DNA from: Pontimonas sp.
GTDB taxonomy: Bacteria; Actinomycetota; Actinomycetes; Actinomycetales; Microbacteriaceae
NCBI GenBank assembly: GCA_049416945.1
Contig: JBMSHQ010000001.1
Coordinates: forward strand, 2,525-66,524
Reading direction: 5' to 3'
DNA length: 64,000 nucleotides
Shown here: positions 1-9,363 of the stretch, one piece after another
How positions within the stretch are numbered: position 1 is the stretch's first letter
Layout: each line of letters opens with the position of its first letter
Translations under genes and position numbers: made by a program
The notes under the pieces: model-generated
Database searches by the model: none
Seen by the model: only the letters and a program-made list of their open reading frames with translations
What the model was told of the DNA's origin: nothing

Positions 1-1
1 G

Positions 2-457
2 GGAGATTTTCTGGGCCAGGCCGTGCGCATGAGCAAAGACGACCCCTGGCGAGACGGCGTCGGATTCACGTCTGTGACAACCACGCTGCGCAGCGAGCGA
101 GCCTCGCAGGAAGTGGCGGGGTTAGACCGCAGCGGACGTGATGTCGCGGGATATCTGAACGACGCAGCTCACCGAGAAGCAGAGGGTGTGACGCCACTCC
201 TGTCGTTTTTACCCGTGCGGAATGACCGTTGGGCCGGCGACACCGCCGACGGTGGGGAGGGCGTGTACCAGAATGGTCTCTCCGTCTCAGCAGTCTCGGG
301 GCCACTCCTCGCGTTGAACCCCCACCTCGCAGATGACATTCTCCGGGCAGTTCTGGCGCGTAAGGGAGAAGTATTACCCGAGCCGACAGACCAGCATCGA
401 CGTGTCGACGAGGCAGCCGCGACGGCACGTGCCTGGATTCGCTCGCGCCTGGGCTAG
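2..457 (+). CDS. GatD/CobQ-like type 1 glutamine amidotransferase, 5'-truncated by window edge, catalytic motifs degenerate
   Basis: Frame open from base 2. C-terminal GPLLALNPHLAD resembles GatD HGPLLxKNPxLAD; GYLND lies where GFENH is expected. Confidence 0.7.
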   Translation, partial: GDFLGQAVRMSKDDPWRDGVGFTSVTTTLRSERASQEVAGLDRSGRDVAGYLNDAAHREAEGVTPLLSFLPVRNDRWAGDTADGGEGVYQNGLSVSAVSGPLLALNPHLADDILRAVLARKGEVLPEPTDQHRRVDEAAATARAWIRSRLG

Positions 458-1497
458 TCCTCGAAGCGTCGGGGGAGAGTGGGGTGTAGTTTCGCCAGAA
501 CCTCATCACCAAAGGTGTGACACCAGCTCGCCCACGTTTCCACGCTGACTGGCCCGTGCGCGCCAAAAAGCGGAAGCATCTGGCCAATTTCTGGCAGATT
601 CCCGGTTGTGACCTCCCAGGTGGTGGTGTCGGAACCCATCTCGGTGAGGGTGAGAGTGGCGCCCGGAAGTGGGAGTGTGGCTGTCTCCACGGGCCGAAGC
701 AGCCCGTGGCCAAATCCACCGCCCAGCACCACACGGGAGCCCTCGTGTCCCACCACCGGCGCATACACGGTGAGAACCGGGTCGAAGCCGAGCTCCCGCG
801 CGGTGTGATTGTCAAAGGGGCTGACCCCATAGGCCAGAATGCCCAGCCTCACCAGGTCCAGCCTGGTTTCTGGAAGCTCTACCGCAGCGTGGGATGCGGC
901 GAGGTGCAGGGCGTGTGGCGTCAGCCCGGCCAATTTGGCCACCTCAGCGGCATCGTTGAGTTTCTGTAGTGCCGCCTTCGAGGTAGCGACCGATGTATCG
1001 GCCAAATGTGACCACACAGCCCGCACCAGCACGAGACCTGCGTCCTCCAATTGTTTTGCGCGAGCCACCAGGTCAGGCCACTGCTCGGCAGTCGCTCCAT
1101 TTCGGTGCAGACCCGTATCGATTTTCAGATGAACCGTCAGGGGAGTGTGAGAACCGGCTTCTTCAATGGCGTCCAGTTGCCACAGTGTCGACACTCCCAG
1201 CTCCACCCGAGCGTCGGCTGCGGCGGCGAAATCGTCGTGAGGAGAAAGCAACCACGCAAATAGAGGAGTGTCAGGGGCAAGGGGCCGGATTCTCAGTGCC
1301 GTGGCGATATCCAACACGGCCAGTTCGTCGACTCCCGATTCAAGCGCCAGGGGAACAACGAGTTCTTCGCCATGGCCGTAGGCGTTTGACTTCACGGCCA
1401 TCATCAGCGCGCCTTCTGGGGCGAACGAAGTTTTGGCGTGGCGGAGGTTCTGCGCGAGAGCCCGCGCGTCGAGGGTGATGTCGAGGCCGGTATCCAC
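454..1497 (-). CDS. Alanine racemase-family PLP enzyme: intact barrel with catalytic Lys, degenerate C-terminal beta domain
   Basis: AVKSNAYGHG, HLKIDTGLHRNG, WSHLAD, VRLGILAYG. GTG at 1497 overlaps the upstream TAG; no VSYG motif. Confidence 0.85.
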   Translation of the reverse strand: MDTGLDITLDARALAQNLRHAKTSFAPEGALMMAVKSNAYGHGEELVVPLALESGVDELAVLDIATALRIRPLAPDTPLFAWLLSPHDDFAAAADARVELGVSTLWQLDAIEEAGSHTPLTVHLKIDTGLHRNGATAEQWPDLVARAKQLEDAGLVLVRAVWSHLADTSVATSKAALQKLNDAAEVAKLAGLTPHALHLAASHAAVELPETRLDLVRLGILAYGVSPFDNHTARELGFDPVLTVYAPVVGHEGSRVVLGGGFGHGLLRPVETATLPLPGATLTLTEMGSDTTTWEVTTGNLPEIGQMLPLFGAHGPVSVETWASWCHTFGDEVLAKLHPTLPRRFED

Positions 1498-2081
1498 TAC
1501 TCCACCTCCACCCGGGTGACTCGGGGTGCGAGGGTGGAGCCGATGTCGTGAACCCCACGGCCTGACCACTGGGACCACTCGTCAATGCTGACCGCGCCGC
1601 CCCAGATGGTCGCCACATCTCCTACCGACACAGTCAGACCTGTCACATCCACGATCAACTGATCCATCGCGATGCGACCCGCGATGGGGCAGCGTTCACC
1701 GGCGATTTCGACTACACCACCGGTGGGATCCAAACGGGGAACCCCGTCGGCGAACCCGGCAGCCACGAGCGCGAGCGTCGTGGGGCGTTCGGTGCGGAAA
1801 TGCCCTCCGTAAGAGACTTCTTCTCCCGCAGGAATCTCTTTCACATTGATCACGAGGGCGCAGAGGCGTTGAGCGTTGGCCGCGTGGGCACGGTTCACCC
1901 AGTCGCGCTCGGTGCCATCGACGGAGAGTCCTGCCTCGAGGGCGATGCGGGAGACGAGTTCGGTGCCAAACCCGTAGGCGTCGGATTGGATATCCACCGC
2001 CGACGAACCTCCGAGGGCAGCGGCTATGCCGCTACGGGAAATCTCAACCCAGCGAAGACTGTGGTTAGGCAGCGGGTTCAT
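1497..2081 (-). CDS. Alanine racemase C-terminal-domain protein (catalytic Tyr kept, barrel mostly deleted)
   Basis: GEEVSYGG, GFADG, GRIAMDQ; vestigial N-terminal DIQSDAYGFG lacking the Lys; 194 aa. Confidence 0.85.
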   Translation of the reverse strand: MNPLPNHSLRWVEISRSGIAAALGGSSAVDIQSDAYGFGTELVSRIALEAGLSVDGTERDWVNRAHAANAQRLCALVINVKEIPAGEEVSYGGHFRTERPTTLALVAAGFADGVPRLDPTGGVVEIAGERCPIAGRIAMDQLIVDVTGLTVSVGDVATIWGGAVSIDEWSQWSGRGVHDIGSTLAPRVTRVEVE

Positions 2082-2292
2082 CGCGCAGGCGGTGGGTTTC
2101 GTCGTGCCAGCCCAGCGCGGTGTCGATCAAGCTGTCTTTGTGCTTCTCGGCGTGGTGGGCGCAGAACAGCAGCTCACCGGAGGGCAGGGTGACTCGGACA
2201 TACGCCTGCGCGCCACAGCTGTCGCAGTGGTCGCCAAAGCCGAGGGCTTCAGTCTCGACAGTGCTGTCGATGGCGGGGGCTCCGATAGTCAT
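2065..2292 (-). CDS. Small conserved actinobacterial Cys/His protein (DUF7455-like, putative Zn-binding)
   Basis: CDSCGAQAYVRV...LLFCAHH; purine-rich RBS upstream; usual position next to parE. Confidence 0.75.
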   Translation of the reverse strand: MTIGAPAIDSTVETEALGFGDHCDSCGAQAYVRVTLPSGELLFCAHHAEKHKDSLIDTALGWHDETHRLRDEPAA

Positions 2293-2477
2293 CCCGTGTC
2301 CTCTCGTTCGATGACCTCCATTCCATCATGCGTCGCTGGGGATTCGTGGCACATTGGGGGCTGTTTCGCCCGGGGCGTAGTTTTTCCACACTCCCTCGCA
2401 GATGCCGAAATCTCCGGGGCCTCTGCGTATGCTCAATGGGGCTAACGCCGATAGGGCGAGGGCAATCAGGAGAGGCA

Positions 2478-4562
2478 GTGGCGGTGGCGGCAGCAACGGA
2501 CTATTCGGCCCGGCACCTCTCCGTTCTGGAGGGCCTAGAGGCCGTCCGTAAACGGCCCGGTATGTACATCGGGTCGACCGATGCCCGCGGGTTAATGCAT
2601 TGTCTGTGGGAAATTATCGACAATGCCGTCGACGAGGCCATTGGCGGCCACGGTGACACGATTACCGTCACCATTCACCCCGACGGTTCCGTTGAAGTCG
2701 AAGACCACGGTCGAGGAATTCCGGTCGATATCGAACCGAAGACAGGCCTGAGCGGTGTGGAACTGGTATTCACCAAGCTTCACGCCGGGGGAAAATTTGG
2801 TGGCTCCAGCTACCAATCGAGTGGTGGCCTCCACGGTGTCGGCGCCTCGGTCGTCAACGCACTCTCGTCCCGCGTGGACGTTGAGGTGGACCGAGACGGT
2901 GCGACCTGGGCGATGTCGTTTCGCCGCGGTGAGCCAGGAGTATTTACCAGCAAAGGCTCTCCGAGCCCCGACGACCCTTTCGTGCCGTTCGTCGATGACA
3001 GCCAGCTCAATAAGAAGGGCACCGTCGCGAAAAAGAAGACGGGGACGAGGGTGCGGTTTTGGCCCGACCCGGGAGTATTTGGATCCACGTCCTTCTCTCT
3101 GGATGACTTGATTGACCGGGCTCGGCAGACCGCATTTTTGGTGCCGGGGCTTTCTCTCACCATCACCGACGAGAGGGAAACACCCTCACGCACTGAACAG
3201 TTCCGATTCGCCGGTGGGGCGCTTGAATTTGTCGAGTTTCTCTCGCCCGACCCAGTGGTTGTGGGGCCGTGGCAGCTCAAGGGCAGTGCCACCTTTTTGG
3301 AGACAGTTCCCGTTCTGCAGGAAAACGGACATTTGGAACCGACCGAAGTGGAACGTCAGCTCGATGTCGACGTGGTCGTCCAATGGGGCACGGGCTATGA
3401 CACGGTCATAAAAAGCTTCGTCAACATCATTCAAACCCCGAAAGGCGGAAGCCACCTCAGCGGTTTTGAACTCGGAGTGATGAAGGCCATTCGTGCCGAA
3501 GTCGAGAAAAACGCCCGACGACTCAAAGTCGGAAACGACAAACTCGACAAAGACGATGTTCTGGCGGGCCTCACCGCCGTCGTCGCCGTTCGCCTGCCCG
3601 AACCCCAGTTCGAAGGGCAAACGAAAGAAGTTCTCGGGACCCCCGCCGCGAAAGCCATCGTGCAAAACGTGGTGTCAGAGGGTCTGCGGGCGAAGCTGAG
3701 CTCGGGCAAACGCGACGACAAGGCGCAGTCGGCTGTGCTGCTCGAGAAAGTCGTGGCGGAAATGAAGACGCGTCTCTCGGCTCGAGCGCTCAAAGAGACG
3801 CAACGTCGGAAAAACGCTCTCGAGAATTCGACCCTCCCCACGAAGCTTGTCGACTGCCGGTCGAAGGGAGTCGAGGACACCGAATTGTTCATTGTCGAGG
3901 GTGACTCGGCTCTGGGAACGGCAAAGCTCGCGCGTAATTCAGAACACCAGGCTCTGCTGCCTATTCGCGGAAAGATTCTCAACACGCAAAAGGCGTCGGT
4001 GCAGGACATGTTGAACAACCAAGAGTGTGCGGCGATCATTCAGGTGATTGGCGCTGGATCGGGGCGCACCTTTGACATTGATCAGGCCCGCTACGGCAAA
4101 GTCATCATCATGAGTGACGCCGATGTCGACGGCGCACACATTCGCACGCTCCTACTCACCCTGTTCTTCCGGTACATGCGACCTCTGATCGAGCAAGGGC
4201 GGGTCTTTGCCGCCGTGCCCCCGCTCCACCGAGTTGTTGTCGTGAACAAAGGCTCAGCACCCAACGAGGTGATTTACACCTACTCAGAGGCGGAACTTCG
4301 CGCGGTTCTCGCCGATATCGAAAAGTCGGGTAAGAGCTACCAGCAGCCGATCCAGCGCTACAAGGGACTGGGTGAAATGGACGCCGAGCAGCTCGAAGAA
4401 ACCACCATGTCACCGGCCAAGCGGATGTTGCGCCGAGTAAAAATGAGTGACGCCGAGCAGGCCACCCGAATTTTTGAACTTTTGATGGGCAACGAAGTGG
4501 GGCCACGACGCGAGTTCATTCAAGAGGGCCCTGGTCTCGAACGGGTTCGAATCGACGTTTAG
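2478..4562 (+). CDS. parE: DNA topoisomerase IV subunit B (GyrB/ParE family)
   Basis: LEGLEAVRKRPGMYIG, EIIDNAVDE, LHAGGKF, GLHGVG, VEGDSA, PIRGKILN, DADVDG, QRYKGLGEM; RBS AGGAGAGG before GTG 2478. Confidence 0.93.
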   Translation: MAVAAATDYSARHLSVLEGLEAVRKRPGMYIGSTDARGLMHCLWEIIDNAVDEAIGGHGDTITVTIHPDGSVEVEDHGRGIPVDIEPKTGLSGVELVFTKLHAGGKFGGSSYQSSGGLHGVGASVVNALSSRVDVEVDRDGATWAMSFRRGEPGVFTSKGSPSPDDPFVPFVDDSQLNKKGTVAKKKTGTRVRFWPDPGVFGSTSFSLDDLIDRARQTAFLVPGLSLTITDERETPSRTEQFRFAGGALEFVEFLSPDPVVVGPWQLKGSATFLETVPVLQENGHLEPTEVERQLDVDVVVQWGTGYDTVIKSFVNIIQTPKGGSHLSGFELGVMKAIRAEVEKNARRLKVGNDKLDKDDVLAGLTAVVAVRLPEPQFEGQTKEVLGTPAAKAIVQNVVSEGLRAKLSSGKRDDKAQSAVLLEKVVAEMKTRLSARALKETQRRKNALENSTLPTKLVDCRSKGVEDTELFIVEGDSALGTAKLARNSEHQALLPIRGKILNTQKASVQDMLNNQECAAIIQVIGAGSGRTFDIDQARYGKVIIMSDADVDGAHIRTLLLTLFFRYMRPLIEQGRVFAAVPPLHRVVVVNKGSAPNEVIYTYSEAELRAVLADIEKSGKSYQQPIQRYKGLGEMDAEQLEETTMSPAKRMLRRVKMSDAEQATRIFELLMGNEVGPRREFIQEGPGLERVRIDV

Positions 4563-5752
4563 TCGATCGTGACGGGAACCTGGGCGTAGCCGCGAAGAAC
4601 GAAGGTTCCTCGAGAAACGGGCTCCGACGCCAGATTCAGTCGAGGGAAGCGTTTCACCAACATCGGCAGAGCCGTCTGCATTTCCATCCGCGCCAAAGGA
4701 GCACCAATACAAAAGTGAATACCCGCACCAAAACCGATATGGGGGTTGGGGTCGCGGGTGATGTCCATCACCTCGGCACGGTCAAACACACTCTCGTCGC
4801 GGTTCGCTGAACCCAACAGCGCGGCAATTTTTTGACCCGACTTCACGACCACTCCGCCGATTTCGGTGTCGGCTGTTGCGGTGCGCTCGAACAGGTGCAG
4901 CGGAGCATCAAAACGAACGAACTCCTCCACAGCGGTGGCGGAATGTTCTTCCGGGCTACTCCACAGCAACTGGCGTTGCTCATCACGGCGCAATAGCGCC
5001 ACCATTCCGTTTCCAAAGCCGTTCACGCTCGCTTCGTGGCCTGCGTTCAACAACAGCACGCAAGTGGCGATGAGCTCCCGCGCGCTCAGCCGGTCACCGC
5101 CATCTTCGACGGCTGCTAGCTCAGAGATGAGGTCGTCACCGGGCTGAACTTTCCGCTCCGACATGAGGCCCTCAACATAGGCGGCAAATTCGTCGGCGGC
5201 GAGCCGCGCCTCAGCGCGGGTTGCGTCGTCGGGCGCGACTTCATACATCTTCACTATCGCTTGCGACCAGGGGCGAAGCAGATGCTCGTCTTCTTCGGGA
5301 AATCCGAGGAGGGAGGCAATCACTTTCACCGGCAGGGGTTCCGCGAAGTCTTCGATTAGATCAGCGTCGCCCCGGTGACCGCGCTCTTCCATCTCATCGA
5401 GAAGCCTCGTCACGATCGATGCGACGGTGGGTCGAAGCTGTTCAATCCGACGGGGATTAAATGCTTTCGTAATCAGTGAGCGCAAACGCGTGTGCTTTGG
5501 TGGTTCGGAATCGAGTATCGAATCGGCGTGGAGGTAGTTGAAGGTATCCCACTCATCGGCCGGCGTCTTCGGCTGGAAAATACGCCCCAAGCTGCGGGTG
5601 CGCAATACCTCGTTAGCGTCGCGGTGGGTGGCAGCAAGAAACATGCCCAACTCTTCGCTCCACACCGGGCGACCCTCTGCCCGCAGAGTTGCGAGCCCCG
5701 GATAGGGGTCGGCGATAAAGCCCGGGTCGGTGAAGTTCACGCTCCGCGACAT
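4559..5752 (-). CDS. Cytochrome P450 (CYP107-like)
   Basis: I-helix NAGHEAS, ExxR (EEFVR), heme loop FGAGIHFCIG. Confidence 0.93.
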   Translation of the reverse strand: MSRSVNFTDPGFIADPYPGLATLRAEGRPVWSEELGMFLAATHRDANEVLRTRSLGRIFQPKTPADEWDTFNYLHADSILDSEPPKHTRLRSLITKAFNPRRIEQLRPTVASIVTRLLDEMEERGHRGDADLIEDFAEPLPVKVIASLLGFPEEDEHLLRPWSQAIVKMYEVAPDDATRAEARLAADEFAAYVEGLMSERKVQPGDDLISELAAVEDGGDRLSARELIATCVLLLNAGHEASVNGFGNGMVALLRRDEQRQLLWSSPEEHSATAVEEFVRFDAPLHLFERTATADTEIGGVVVKSGQKIAALLGSANRDESVFDRAEVMDITRDPNPHIGFGAGIHFCIGAPLARMEMQTALPMLVKRFPRLNLASEPVSRGTFVLRGYAQVPVTID

Positions 5753-5754
5753 TT

Positions 5755-8229
5755 CTAACGCCCCACCACATCGAGAGAGTCCCCGATGGCCCCGAGCGAG
5801 GTGGAGAGCGGTGTTCCTGAGGCGCCTCTCTTGGCCATTTCGGTGGGAAGGTCAACGGCTTTTCCGCTCGAGGTGACGGCCCGAGGTTCGTGGGCAAGGC
5901 CGGCAGCCACTAAACAATCCTCCCCCTTGAGGAACGAGTGGGCACGGACACCCTTGGTGGCGCGGCCCTTGGGTGGGAAGTCAGAAAGCGGAGTGAGCTT
6001 TGCCCGCTGTGTGCCCACGCCTTTGAGGGTCTGGCTGGATGACGACACCGTCACCACTGCGACCGAGTCGGTCGTCGCCGTGCCAAACCCAATGACCCGA
6101 GCGCCCTCGGCAAGACCGATGCCCGCCATACCCCCGGCGGCGGGGCCTTGGGGCCGCACTTGGTCGGCAGTGAAGCGCAGCAGTTGGGCATCCTCTGTCA
6201 TGAAGCACAGCCAATCGGACTCGTCGGCCGCGTCAGCTCCCACGACAGCATCTCCGTCCTTGAGCGAAATGATGTCGACGTGGGGCCGTTCCGGCACCGT
6301 CGCCAGATTGACCCTCTTCACGATTCCGCTGGCCGTTCCCAGCGCGATTGTCGGAGCGGAATCACCCAGTGGGAAAAGGCCCAGCGCCGATGTTTTCTTG
6401 TCTATGCCGAGGAACTCTGTGAGCGAGACGCCGTCTTTGAATACCGGCTTGTCGGGGTCGATCAGGGGAAAATCTCCCGCTTCGATTCTCACCAATTCGC
6501 CGTTCGAGAGGACCACACCCATCGGAGTCCGCGTCGTCGTGTTCACCACCGAGCGAATTGCGTCGTGAGCGACTCTTTTCTCTGGCGCAGACAGCTGATC
6601 CCTGTTGGCGCGATCAAATCGGCCAGCCAGCCCTGTCGCAGTGAGCACCGCCACGGTGGGGACATCCTCCCGCTCGGTTGAGACGGTTGCTGCCTTCTTC
6701 GCAGTCAGTGGTTCCTGGTCATCAGCTTTTCGAATCTCGGTGCGCCGCGGGGTGTCAAATTGTTTCGCGATGTCATCAAGCTCCTCGGACACCAGTTCAC
6801 GAATTCGTTGCGGGTCGGCGAGGAGAGTGCTGAGTTGCGCAATTTCCTCCACCAAGGAGTCACGTTCTGTTTCCAGCTCAATCCGGGAGAACTTCGTGAG
6901 TCGGCGCAGTCGCAGTTCCAAGATGTAGTCCGCTTGAACCTCTGAGAGGTCAAATACCGCGCACAACTGTTTCTTAGCCGACGCACTGTCGTCGCTGGCG
7001 CGGATGACTTGAATGACCTCGTCGATATCGACAATCGCCACCAATAGGCCCTCGACGAGGTGAAGGCGCTCTTGTCGCTTTTTCAAGCGGAAACGGCTGC
7101 GCCGTTCGGTAACGGCGATGCGGTGATCAACAAATACCTGCAACAGCTCCGTCAACCCCAATGTCCGCGGCTGGCCGTCGACCAAAGCCACGTTGTTTAT
7201 CGAGAAGCTTTCCTCAAGGGGCGTGAGGCGATAGAGCTGCTGGAGCACCAGTTGAGGGTCGAAACCTGATTTGACGGTGATCACCAATCTCAGACCGTGC
7301 TTGCGGTCGGTGAGGTCGTTGACGTCGCTGATGCCCTGGATTTTTTTGCCGAGCACACCCTCTTTGATTTTTTCGATGACGCGTTCGGGGCCCACCAGGT
7401 AGGGCAGTTCGGTAACCACTAGGCCCGTGCTGCGGGGACCGACCGGTTCCACGCTGACGCGCGCCCTGGTGCGGAAGCTACCGCGACCGGTCGCATAGGC
7501 ATCTTTGATGCCGTCTCGACCCACGATGATTCCCCCGCCCGGGAGGTCGGGGCCGGGGACAAACTTCATCAGTTCTTTGAGCGTCGCTTCGGGGTGTGCA
7601 ATTAGATGACGCGCGGCGGTGATCACTTCAGAAAGATTGTGCGGAGCCATATTGGTAGCCATCCCCACGGCAATGCCCGAAGCCCCGTTGACGAGGAGAT
7701 AGGGGATGGCCGCAGGAAGAACATCAGGCTGGGTCAGCTGATTGTCGTAGTTGGGGACAAAATCGACGACGTCTTCGTCTAAGTCGGCGACCATCGCCAT
7801 CGCTTCAGGGCGAAGCTTTGCCTCGGTATAACGCGCCGCTGCCGGGCCATCGTCGAGTGAACCAAAGTTTCCGTGCCCATCGACCATGGGTACGCGCAGA
7901 GTGAAGTCTTGAGCCAGTCGCACGAGTGCGTCGTAAATCGCCGAGTCCCCGTGGGGGTGTAGCTTTCCCATCACCTCACCGACGACACGTGCTGACTTGA
8001 CGTGGCCTTTCTCTGGCACCAAACCCATCTCTGCCATTTGGTAGAGGATGCGCCGCTGCACCGGTTTCAGCCCGTCTCGCGCGTCAGGGAGGGCTCGCTG
8101 ATAGATGACCGAATAGGCGTATTCGAGGAACGAATCCGACATTTCGTCGGTCAGGTCGACATCGACGATGCGTTCTTCACCGGAGGGGTTAGTCGAGGAC
8201 GAGGCCGGAGACGAAGGTGGGGGAGTCAT
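5755..8229 (-). CDS. parC: DNA topoisomerase IV subunit A (GyrA/ParC family)
   Basis: [26 protein letters not shown], catalytic [15 protein letters not shown]. Confidence 0.93.
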   Translation of the reverse strand: MTPPPSSPASSSTNPSGEERIVDVDLTDEMSDSFLEYAYSVIYQRALPDARDGLKPVQRRILYQMAEMGLVPEKGHVKSARVVGEVMGKLHPHGDSAIYDALVRLAQDFTLRVPMVDGHGNFGSLDDGPAAARYTEAKLRPEAMAMVADLDEDVVDFVPNYDNQLTQPDVLPAAIPYLLVNGASGIAVGMATNMAPHNLSEVITAARHLIAHPEATLKELMKFVPGPDLPGGGIIVGRDGIKDAYATGRGSFRTRARVSVEPVGPRSTGLVVTELPYLVGPERVIEKIKEGVLGKKIQGISDVNDLTDRKHGLRLVITVKSGFDPQLVLQQLYRLTPLEESFSINNVALVDGQPRTLGLTELLQVFVDHRIAVTERRSRFRLKKRQERLHLVEGLLVAIVDIDEVIQVIRASDDSASAKKQLCAVFDLSEVQADYILELRLRRLTKFSRIELETERDSLVEEIAQLSTLLADPQRIRELVSEELDDIAKQFDTPRRTEIRKADDQEPLTAKKAATVSTEREDVPTVAVLTATGLAGRFDRANRDQLSAPEKRVAHDAIRSVVNTTTRTPMGVVLSNGELVRIEAGDFPLIDPDKPVFKDGVSLTEFLGIDKKTSALGLFPLGDSAPTIALGTASGIVKRVNLATVPERPHVDIISLKDGDAVVGADAADESDWLCFMTEDAQLLRFTADQVRPQGPAAGGMAGIGLAEGARVIGFGTATTDSVAVVTVSSSSQTLKGVGTQRAKLTPLSDFPPKGRATKGVRAHSFLKGEDCLVAAGLAHEPRAVTSSGKAVDLPTEMAKRGASGTPLSTSLGAIGDSLDVVGR

Positions 8230-8241
8230 AAGATGGCGACC

Positions 8242-9363
8242 ATGTTACCGGCGAACCCCCTTGGTGCTGGGCGGCTTGCCGACACCCTCACGGGGCTGTT
8301 CCACCGCGTGATCTCCCCCCAGGACGGCCCCACACGATTGCATCGAGTGGGGGTATGTGTAATCGATGGCTTGGGTGCTGACTTACTGCTCGAGTACTCG
8401 GGCCACGCCCGTTTTCTCTCGGGGCGTTTGAAGGATGTGGGGGCCACTGTCCATTCAGGCCTTCCTTCCACCACCGCATCGGCCCTGGCCTCCGTGACGA
8501 CGGGGGTGAGCGCGGGGGAACACGGACTGTTGGGCTACCAGGTGAGAGATCCGCGTTCGGGAGAAATGGTCAACCACCTCAAACCATTTCCCGCGGGTGT
8601 CGAGCCAGAGCAGTGGCAGCCCCAGCCCACGGTGTTTGAGCGTGCAGCGAATCATTCGATTCCGTCGATTGCGGTTGGGGAGTCACGGTTTTCTGGAACA
8701 GATTTTTCGCGGGCGATTTTGAGAGGTGCCGAGTTTCGAGGCTCGGCCCATGCGGACTCACACCTGCAGATTCTGAGAGAGTTTTTTGACTCCTTCGATG
8801 ATGCGGTCGCTTATCTCTATTGGCCAGCCCTCGATCGAATCGGGCACCAGTTGGGGGTATCCCACTCCAACTGGGTTGACGCGTTAGAAAACGTCGACCA
8901 GATGGCTCGTACCCTGCATGGCCTGTTGAAACCAGGAGAAGCACTGATTCTCACGGCCGACCATGGAATGGTCGATGTCACGACCGAAAACCAGGTGTGG
9001 TGGCCAGGGGCTCACCCTTTGCGCAGCCAGATCGCGATGTGGGCGGGGGAGCCGCGTCTGGTGCAGCTTTACTGCCAGCCCGGGGTTGACGTGGACGCAT
9101 TTGCCGCATCGGCCCAACACTGGTTGGGTGAGCGCGCGAGCGTGCTCACCCGTGACCAGGTGATGGGTCGTGGAATCTTTGGCGCGGTGACAGAAACTCA
9201 TGCGCCGCGAATAGGCGACGTGGTCGTGTTTTCGGAAGGGCAGCACGCCCTCTATGACGAGCTCACGGCGACCGAAACCTCCGCCAAGATGGTCGGCCAA
9301 CACGGGTCGTGGACTCCCACCGAGGTGTCGGTGCCGGCGATTCCTCTTGGCCCAGACGCCTAG
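8242..9363 (+). CDS. Alkaline phosphatase superfamily / nucleotide pyrophosphatase-phosphodiesterase
   Basis: [30 protein letters not shown]; start ATG 8242 (alternative 8233). Confidence 0.85.
   Translation: MLPANPLGAGRLADTLTGLFHRVISPQDGPTRLHRVGVCVIDGLGADLLLEYSGHARFLSGRLKDVGATVHSGLPSTTASALASVTTGVSAGEHGLLGYQVRDPRSGEMVNHLKPFPAGVEPEQWQPQPTVFERAANHSIPSIAVGESRFSGTDFSRAILRGAEFRGSAHADSHLQILREFFDSFDDAVAYLYWPALDRIGHQLGVSHSNWVDALENVDQMARTLHGLLKPGEALILTADHGMVDVTTENQVWWPGAHPLRSQIAMWAGEPRLVQLYCQPGVDVDAFAASAQHWLGERASVLTRDQVMGRGIFGAVTETHAPRIGDVVVFSEGQHALYDELTATETSAKMVGQHGSWTPTEVSVPAIPLGPDA

Noticed and set aside
454-2081. One alr gene broken by a frameshift
   Set aside because: The C-domain gene comes first, and each ORF has its own remnants of both N- and C-terminal Alr motifs, so they are two paralogs.
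5786-6568. 260-aa plus-strand ORF
   Set aside because: Antisense to parC, with Ser/Pro/Ala-rich shadow composition.
2478-8229. Calling these genes gyrB/gyrA or treating their convergent layout as novel
   Set aside because: Not in a dnaA-recF context; the layout matches the actinobacterial topoisomerase IV locus.
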